Source: an uncultured virus (IMG/VR IMGVR_UViG_3300047548_000491) (Duplodnaviria; Heunggongvirae; Uroviricota; Caudoviricetes). From it: a stretch of 64,000 bases of DNA. Within the stretch, counting starts at the first letter, position 1, and each line of letters begins with the position of its first letter. Below are positions 57,972-64,000 of the stretch, in pieces. The notes below the pieces were generated by a model. That model worked only from the letters and a program-made list of their open reading frames with translations. It searched no databases and was not told where the DNA came from. Location: positions 1 through 64,000 of IMG/VR virus record IMGVR_UViG_3300047548_000491, one strand, 5' to 3'. The position numbers and the translations under genes were made by a program.

Positions 57972-58385
57972 ATGACACAACAAATTGATTTAAACAAATA
58001 TCAGGACTTTGTCCAAGCAGTTACCAGTGACGCAAGCAACGACTTTGCGGCTATGGTTAAACGACTACAAGAACTTGATGACCAACCCAACCTGAACATC
58101 AGTCTACTGATGACTGCTGGTATTGGTCTAGCAAGTGAAGGCGGCGAGTTTAACGAAATCATTAAAAAGATGGTCTTCCAAGGTAAGCCATTCAATGAAG
58201 AAAATCGCTTTCACATGAAGCGTGAACTAGGTGATATCTTTTGGTATTGGACTAATGCATGTAGGGCACTTGGATATGACCCTAACGAGGTGATTGCTGA
58301 GAATGTAGGCAAACTTGAAGCACGATATCCAGGAGGCTCATTCGATGCGTTCTATTCAGAAAATCGCAAGGCCGGGGACCTCTAA
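57972..58385 (+). CDS. MazG-like NTP pyrophosphohydrolase
   Basis: GLASEGGEFNE...RELGD...N..KL..RYP. Confidence 0.88.
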   Translation: MTQQIDLNKYQDFVQAVTSDASNDFAAMVKRLQELDDQPNLNISLLMTAGIGLASEGGEFNEIIKKMVFQGKPFNEENRFHMKRELGDIFWYWTNACRALGYDPNEVIAENVGKLEARYPGGSFDAFYSENRKAGDL

Positions 58386-58386
58386 A

Positions 58387-58611
58387 GTGCATCCTTGGGA
58401 CGAAAACCTGACGTTGTTCACCCCCGAAGAATTTGACCAATTGCCTGATGGGACTGAATTATATTCAATCATGCAGGGTGATAAACCTGTAATCAAAGGT
58501 AAAGATGACATTGACATGGATACACGATTCGGGCACATTGCTTATGGAGTTAATGATCCATGGAATCATCCCTTGAAGGACTTGTTCTTGATGTTCAAAC
58601 TCAAGCAATGA
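58387..58611 (+). CDS. hypothetical protein (GTG start)
   Basis: GGGGA RBS; DMDTRFG. Confidence 0.65.
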   Translation: MHPWDENLTLFTPEEFDQLPDGTELYSIMQGDKPVIKGKDDIDMDTRFGHIAYGVNDPWNHPLKDLFLMFKLKQ

Positions 58612-58832
58612 ACTTCAGCCCAGCTCCCAAGTATCATACTTGGAACGATTATGTTGCGAGAAAGATTGTGAAATCTCCCTGGGAGCAGTGGTTTGCGTGG
58701 TATCCTGTCAAAGTTAATGGAAATCGAATCTGGTTAAAGACAGTATACCGCCGATGCATCAACACATATGTTGACATGGATAATTGGAAAAGATACGAAT
58801 ACGGTAATGTATTTGATATACTGAAAGACTAA
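58608..58832 (+). CDS. hypothetical protein
   Basis: PWEQWFAWYPV...RIWL..VYRR. Confidence 0.7.
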   Translation: MNFSPAPKYHTWNDYVARKIVKSPWEQWFAWYPVKVNGNRIWLKTVYRRCINTYVDMDNWKRYEYGNVFDILKD

Positions 58833-58859
58833 CTCCTGATAAATACACTATCAGGAGTT
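58831..58859 (+). promoter_or_regulatory. RBS-occluding hairpin containing a late promoter
   Basis: Perfect 11-bp stem AACTCCTGATA/TATCAGGAGTT; TAAATA 58840-58845. Confidence 0.7.
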
Positions 58860-58863
58860 TTCC

Positions 58864-59625
58864 ATGGCTAATCAGCGACTACAAGATTTAAAAGATGAAT
58901 TGTTCAAAAATTTAAGATTTCGTCTAGGTGATGGTATGGTTGATGTTGAACTTGACCCAGAGCATTACGAAGCTGCATACAATTACACCATTAAACTATA
59001 TAGACAACGAGCACAAAACGCAACGCAAGAATCATATACTTTGATGGAAATTCATAAAAATAAAGATGTGTATGTCCTGCCTTCAGAATTTATCAACGTA
59101 AGACAAGTATTTAGAAGAACAGTGGGTTTAGAAACAGGTCCTGCGGCAAGTTCTTTTGACCCATTTTCTAGTGCGATTCTTAACACGTATTTGTTAAACT
59201 ATAACTACGCAGGTGGTCTAGCAACATATGATTTTTATGCCCAGTACATCGAATTAGCTGCTAGAATGTTCGGTGGATACGTAATTTACACGTTTAACCC
59301 TGTAACCAAAGAAATTAGAATTGTAAGAGACCCTAAAGGATCAGGCGAAAAGATTCTAATTTGGGCTGATATTATTCGTCCAGAAGAACAATTATTACAA
59401 GATCCAGGGGCAGGGGTTTGGATTGGTGACTATACACTTGCGGTGCTTAAAGGCATATTAGGCGAAGCCCGTGAAAAATTCGCTAGTATAGCTGGTCCAA
59501 GTGGCGGAACTTCTTTAAATGGTGCTTCGCTCAAAGCAGAATCAAAAGCAGAACAAGAAAGATTAATTGAGGATCTAAAACGCTTTGTAGATTATAGTCA
59601 ACCATATTCATTCGTTATTGGTTAA
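58864..59625 (+). CDS. neck protein (gp13-like)
   Basis: RLG...VDVEL; LGEAREKF...GPSGG.SLNG. Confidence 0.75.
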   Translation: MANQRLQDLKDELFKNLRFRLGDGMVDVELDPEHYEAAYNYTIKLYRQRAQNATQESYTLMEIHKNKDVYVLPSEFINVRQVFRRTVGLETGPAASSFDPFSSAILNTYLLNYNYAGGLATYDFYAQYIELAARMFGGYVIYTFNPVTKEIRIVRDPKGSGEKILIWADIIRPEEQLLQDPGAGVWIGDYTLAVLKGILGEAREKFASIAGPSGGTSLNGASLKAESKAEQERLIEDLKRFVDYSQPYSFVIG

Positions 59626-59685
59626 ACTGCTCTTTATTTTAAGACACTCCTGTAATACAATAAGTACTGCAGGAGTTTTCTTTTT

Positions 59686-60318
59686 ATGATTATAGGTGTT
59701 ACCGGATTGATCGGCAGCGGCAAAGATACTATCGCCGATTATTTAGTTACCCATCATGGGTTTAAGCGTATAAGTTTTGCAGCTAGTCTCAAAGATGCAG
59801 TATCGTCAGTATTTGGTTGGGACCGAGAATTACTAGAAGGAACGACTAAATCAAGTCGTGAATGGCGAGAACAAAAAGATGAATGGTGGAGCAACCGTCT
59901 AGGTAGAGAAATTACACCACGCTGGGTACTGCAATTTTGGGGCACAGAAGTTTTACGTAATCATTTTCATAATGATATATGGGTTGCGAGTGTAGAAAAC
60001 AAATTGCGCCAAGCAAAGGATGATATTGTAATCACAGATTGCAGATTTGCTAATGAGGTCAATGCTATAAAAGATGCAGGCGGTCTAACGATGCGTGTTT
60101 CACGCGGGCCCGATCCAGAATGGTATCAATATGCAACTGATTATAACAAAGGACCTGATGGAAATTCCATGTGGTCTATTAGTAAAACTAAATTAGATAA
60201 ATTTGGTATACATGCCAGCGAATATTCTAGCGTTGGCTTGATGTATGACTATTACGTTGATAATAACGGCTCAATTGATGATTTGCATAATAAAGTGAAA
60301 TCAATAGTCAACCTCTAA
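59686..60318 (+). CDS. deoxynucleoside monophosphate kinase (T4 gp1-like)
   Basis: GLIGSGKDT, FA..LK, TPR.VLQ.WGTE, DCRF.NE, HASE. Confidence 0.92.
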   Translation: MIIGVTGLIGSGKDTIADYLVTHHGFKRISFAASLKDAVSSVFGWDRELLEGTTKSSREWREQKDEWWSNRLGREITPRWVLQFWGTEVLRNHFHNDIWVASVENKLRQAKDDIVITDCRFANEVNAIKDAGGLTMRVSRGPDPEWYQYATDYNKGPDGNSMWSISKTKLDKFGIHASEYSSVGLMYDYYVDNNGSIDDLHNKVKSIVNL

Positions 60319-60648
60319 ATCACCCCTGCGCCAAGTTACTTCCTTTCGTTTTACTACTTCTACGCAATTAAGACACACCGTTCTTAAGTTGACGTAGTTA
60401 TTATTTTCTAGATTACCATCTATGTGGTATACAGTCATCTGAGAAGAAAATAGACTCTTAAACCCGCATACGTCACATGTGGGTTTTTTCTTGTATCCTG
60501 CCCTTTGCCAAGTAGGAACGCTGGGTTTCTTCTTAGCTTTCTTGCGCCCGCACTCATCACATATGCTGCGATAGTATGTTTTTCCTTTGCGGATGTAATT
60601 AACTGCACAAAGATTCTTGTTACAAGTCTTACATATTGGTCTTTTCAT
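60301..60648 (-). CDS. Zn-binding HNH-like protein
   Basis: CxxC pairs; VYHIDGN..NN...NL..VCLNC. Confidence 0.7.
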   Translation of the reverse strand: MKRPICKTCNKNLCAVNYIRKGKTYYRSICDECGRKKAKKKPSVPTWQRAGYKKKPTCDVCGFKSLFSSQMTVYHIDGNLENNNYVNLRTVCLNCVEVVKRKEVTWRRGDLEVDY

Positions 60649-60766
60649 ACAGTATTTAACAAAACACCTTTAAAGGTATGGTTATTGGCTGTTTTTATAA
60701 ATTTTCGCTAAATATTATTACGTATAGGGCGTTAACCCTCAAAATCATAACATAAAGGAAAACAAC

Positions 60767-63700
60767 ATGGCACTAGTATCACCAGGCGTAGAAGTTACAA
60801 TTATTGATGAAAGTCAATATTTACCTCCTGCCTCATCATCTGTCCCCTTCGTTCTATTAGCAACTGCACAAAATAAAGCGAACGCTACCGGGACAGCAAT
60901 TGCGCCAGCGACTACAGCCGCTAATGCAAACAAATTATACACAGTAACAAGTCAGCGTGACTTAGTAAACTTATTCGGTAATCCGTTCTTTTACAAAACT
61001 TCGAATAATACCCCTATTCAGGGATATGAACTAAATGAATATGGTCTTTTGGCTGCATACTCATTGCTAGGTGCTACTAATCGTTGCTTTATCTTACGTG
61101 CTGACATTGACTTGGCTAGCTTAGTAGGTACATTATCTCGTCCAACAGGAGCTCCTGCTGACGGTACTTATTGGTTAGATACAACAACTACTACCTGGGG
61201 TATCTATGAGTTTAATCAATCTACTGGTAAATTCACTAATAAACTACCACTAGTTATTACTGACGCTAACCAAATGTCTGGCGGCGCGCCACTAACATCA
61301 TTGGGTACGATCGGATCATACGCACAATATGCTGAATTGAATTCAGAAACTGGTGTTTATAGTAACCCTACATTCTTCTATAAGAACATGAACAACTCAT
61401 GGGTTGTCGTAGGTAGTCAAGACTGGAAAAATTCAATACCTACTGTAACTACTGTTGCTCCTACAGGTGCATTACTTAGTGGAACAGAATACTCATTCAC
61501 TATTACGTTTAATGGAACTACCGGCAATGCTCAAGTAATAACGTTTGACGGAGCTACTGGCATTTACGCTATTCAGAATGCAATTCACAATGCAGGTGGA
61601 TATTTAGATGCTCAAGTTGTAAACAACACACTTCAAATTTATTACTCTAATCCAGATCCTGATTCTTTCATCAATATTACTGACGGAGCAAATACACCAT
61701 TAGCTACATTATTTGGAGCAGCAGCACCAGTTAATCTCAACTATTTTAACCCATTGATGGTTACTAGTCCATCATCTCAGATGCCTTTATGGACAGTTGG
61801 CCAATTAACTTCTAGACCTACTGGATCTGTTTGGGTTAAATCAAGTGTATCTGGTAATGGTTTGAATCCTGCTCTCAACGTTTATCGTAGTAGTTTAGCT
61901 AGTTGGGTAGGCGTAAATGTATCTTATTATGACTTATCTGGAAATGCAATCTTTGCGTTAGATTCAACTGGTGGCCAATCAATACCAGTAGGCACTGTTA
62001 TCATGTCTGGTGCACCTGCAGGCTTATTAAGAAGAAAAGCTACAGGTAGCACAATTGTAACTGGCTCTACTACTTCGCCAGAACCAACTGTAGGATCCGT
62101 ATTGTATGCTACTGTATCAACTCCGGGTGTTCCTGCTGCATCGGTCCATCAAATTACTATGACCGGTTCAACAGGATCTTCGTTTGTAGTTGATTGGCTT
62201 GCAGCCGATATCCCTAATACAGATGCATATTTGACTACTAATGGAGCAATTCAAATCGAACACACCGCCGGCGGCGACATCTATTTAACTGATGTTAATC
62301 CTACAACAGGTATTAGTTCGGGACTTCTTGCTGAAATAGGTTTTGACACAGTATCTAACCCAGATGTACTAGTTGGTTTTGCTCTAAGTAACTACAACAC
62401 ATTCCAGTACACTGACATTGGCGGCGCAGTATTCTCTGTAACTATTGAAAGAGATTACTATTCTGTTTCTGCTAACTTAGGATCCGGTAACTACTCTAGT
62501 TCTGGTACTACTCAGGTAGTAATACCAGGAACTGATTTAGGTGGTTCATCTCCTGCAAATGATATTACAATTAACATTGAAGGTGGTTCATCTCCTACTT
62601 GGACATTCATGTCCGGCACACCTAACATTAAATATGTTTCAACTTTATCTAATTGGGAATGGTTGTCCTACACACCAAATGAAGGTCCACTAGCAACAAA
62701 CCCAGCAAACGGAACTAATTGGTACTACAGTACAATTTCTGAAGTTGACATTATGGTAAACCAAAATGGTGCTTGGAAAGGGTATCGTGAAGTATCTTAC
62801 GATAGTAATGGTCACCCCCTACCAAGCGGTGTTAACACAACTGATCCTAACGGTCCGATTCTTGCAACCGATGAGCCAACTACTCAGAGTGACGGTACTG
62901 CTCTAGTGTACGGTGATCTATGGATTGACACTAATGATTTAGAAAACTATCCAATGATTTATCGTTGGCAATTGGTTGATGGTCAAGATCAATGGGTACA
63001 AATCGACAACACAGACCAAGTCAGTCAAAACGGTGTTCTATTTGCAGACGCACGTTGGGGCACTTCTGGTAGCGTAGATCCAGTAAATGATCCGATACCT
63101 GAAATCGTTGATTTGCTAGAAAGCAATTATCTAGATTTAGATGCACCTAATCCAGTTGCGTATCCACAAGGTATGTTGTTATGGAATACCCGTCGTTCTG
63201 GATATAACGTAAAGCAGTTTAGAACTAATTACTTTACAAGTGCTAACTATCCAGGTGAATCATTACCTACATTCTCATACACATGGGTAAGTGTAAGTGG
63301 ATTGAATACTAATGGATCAGCTTACATGGGCCGCAAAGCTCAGCGTAATATGGTTGTACAAGCCATGAAAGCTGCAATTGGTACTAACCAGACAATTCGT
63401 GAAGAAGATACATTCTTCAACTTAATGGCTACACCAAACTATCCTGAGTTGCAACCTGATATGGTCGTTCTAAACAATGACCGTAACAACACTGCTTACA
63501 TCATTGGTGATACACCATTGCGCTTACCAGATCAAGCTACTGCATTGACTAACTGGGCTACAAACGCTGCAGGAGCATCAAGCACAGGTGAAGATGGATT
63601 AGTTACACGTAACGAATATATGGGTCTATTCTATCCAAGCGGTATCACTGTAAACCCAACAGATGGTTCTGCAGTGGTGGTACCTGCTTCACATATGATG

Positions 63701-64000
63701 CTTCGTACATTCTTACGCAATGATACTATTGCTTATCCTTGGTTAGCACCAGCTGGTACTCGTAGAGGTAATATCGACAATGCAACAAACATTGGTTATT
63801 TAGACGCAACTACTGGCGAGTTTGTAGCTATCAAGAATCGTTTAGGAATTCGTGACGTATTGTACACAAACCAGATCAACCCACTAGCATTCTTCACAGG
63901 TGTTGGCTTGTTGAACTATGGTAATAAGAACAGCAAGGATACACAGTCTGCACTAGATCGTATCAACGTAGCTCGTTTAGTTTGCTATGTACGTGAAAGA
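60767..64000 (+). CDS. gp18: contractile tail sheath protein (gp18-like), truncated by the window end; absent from the ORF track
   Basis: MALVSPGVEVTIIDESQY start; in-frame PWLAPAGTRRG, INPL, SALDRINVARL at the end; TAAATA and AAGGA upstream. Confidence 0.92.
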   Translation, partial: MALVSPGVEVTIIDESQYLPPASSSVPFVLLATAQNKANATGTAIAPATTAANANKLYTVTSQRDLVNLFGNPFFYKTSNNTPIQGYELNEYGLLAAYSLLGATNRCFILRADIDLASLVGTLSRPTGAPADGTYWLDTTTTTWGIYEFNQSTGKFTNKLPLVITDANQMSGGAPLTSLGTIGSYAQYAELNSETGVYSNPTFFYKNMNNSWVVVGSQDWKNSIPTVTTVAPTGALLSGTEYSFTITFNGTTGNAQVITFDGATGIYAIQNAIHNAGGYLDAQVVNNTLQIYYSNPDPDSFINITDGANTPLATLFGAAAPVNLNYFNPLMVTSPSSQMPLWTVGQLTSRPTGSVWVKSSVSGNGLNPALNVYRSSLASWVGVNVSYYDLSGNAIFALDSTGGQSIPVGTVIMSGAPAGLLRRKATGSTIVTGSTTSPEPTVGSVLYATVSTPGVPAASVHQITMTGSTGSSFVVDWLAADIPNTDAYLTTNGAIQIEHTAGGDIYLTDVNPTTGISSGLLAEIGFDTVSNPDVLVGFALSNYNTFQYTDIGGAVFSVTIERDYYSVSANLGSGNYSSSGTTQVVIPGTDLGGSSPANDITINIEGGSSPTWTFMSGTPNIKYVSTLSNWEWLSYTPNEGPLATNPANGTNWYYSTISEVDIMVNQNGAWKGYREVSYDSNGHPLPSGVNTTDPNGPILATDEPTTQSDGTALVYGDLWIDTNDLENYPMIYRWQLVDGQDQWVQIDNTDQVSQNGVLFADARWGTSGSVDPVNDPIPEIVDLLESNYLDLDAPNPVAYPQGMLLWNTRRSGYNVKQFRTNYFTSANYPGESLPTFSYTWVSVSGLNTNGSAYMGRKAQRNMVVQAMKAAIGTNQTIREEDTFFNLMATPNYPELQPDMVVLNNDRNNTAYIIGDTPLRLPDQATALTNWATNAAGASSTGEDGLVTRNEYMGLFYPSGITVNPTDGSAVVVPASHMMLRTFLRNDTIAYPWLAPAGTRRGNIDNATNIGYLDATTGEFVAIKNRLGIRDVLYTNQINPLAFFTGVGLLNYGNKNSKDTQSALDRINVARLVCYVRER

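Noticed and set aside
60301..60648. Mobile homing endonuclease
   Set aside because: Short, no DNA-binding extension, and not inserted in a gene; mobility is unsupported.
1..64000. Genome-wide stop-codon reassignment (code 15 or 4)
   Set aside because: Long genes are intact under code 11 with high coding density; only one in-frame TAG was seen, and TGA is a common stop.
1..64000. tRNA or rRNA genes
   Set aside because: Intergenic gaps are short and no cloverleaf with a T-loop consensus was found by eye; tRNAscan-SE would be needed to exclude them.

Overview
This is 64 kb of a large, AT-rich, lytic dsDNA myovirus genome of the distant T4-like type; no host genes, tRNAs, CRISPR array or integrase are visible. 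It carries T4-type replication and recombination genes (gp32 SSB, UvsX, UvsY, UvsW, primase, gp41 helicase, a gp62-like protein), the terminase large subunit, and neck, tail and fibre genes, including a tail sheath that runs off the right end. It also carries nucleotide and sugar enzymes (DHFR, ThyA, dNMP kinase, MazG, Nudix, RmlC, epimerase, ROK kinase, cytidylyltransferase), a MoxR/VWA pair and a spanin-like pair. Two promoter classes are readable: sigma70-type early promoters and TAAATA late promoters. The most unusual elements are: (1) a 5.4 kb tandem array of about 18 small paralogous genes with a conserved C-terminal F-x-L-R-W end, whose codons (AGGTGG) double as the ribosome-binding site of the next gene; (2) a 193-aa miniature DnaE (Pol III alpha) that keeps the catalytic motifs; (3) a ubiquitin-like plus ILEI-like fusion protein; (4) apparent leaderless transcripts and RBS-occluding hairpins with promoters inside them; (5) an in-frame amber codon in the first gene. 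All functional calls come from motif recognition by eye, not database searches.
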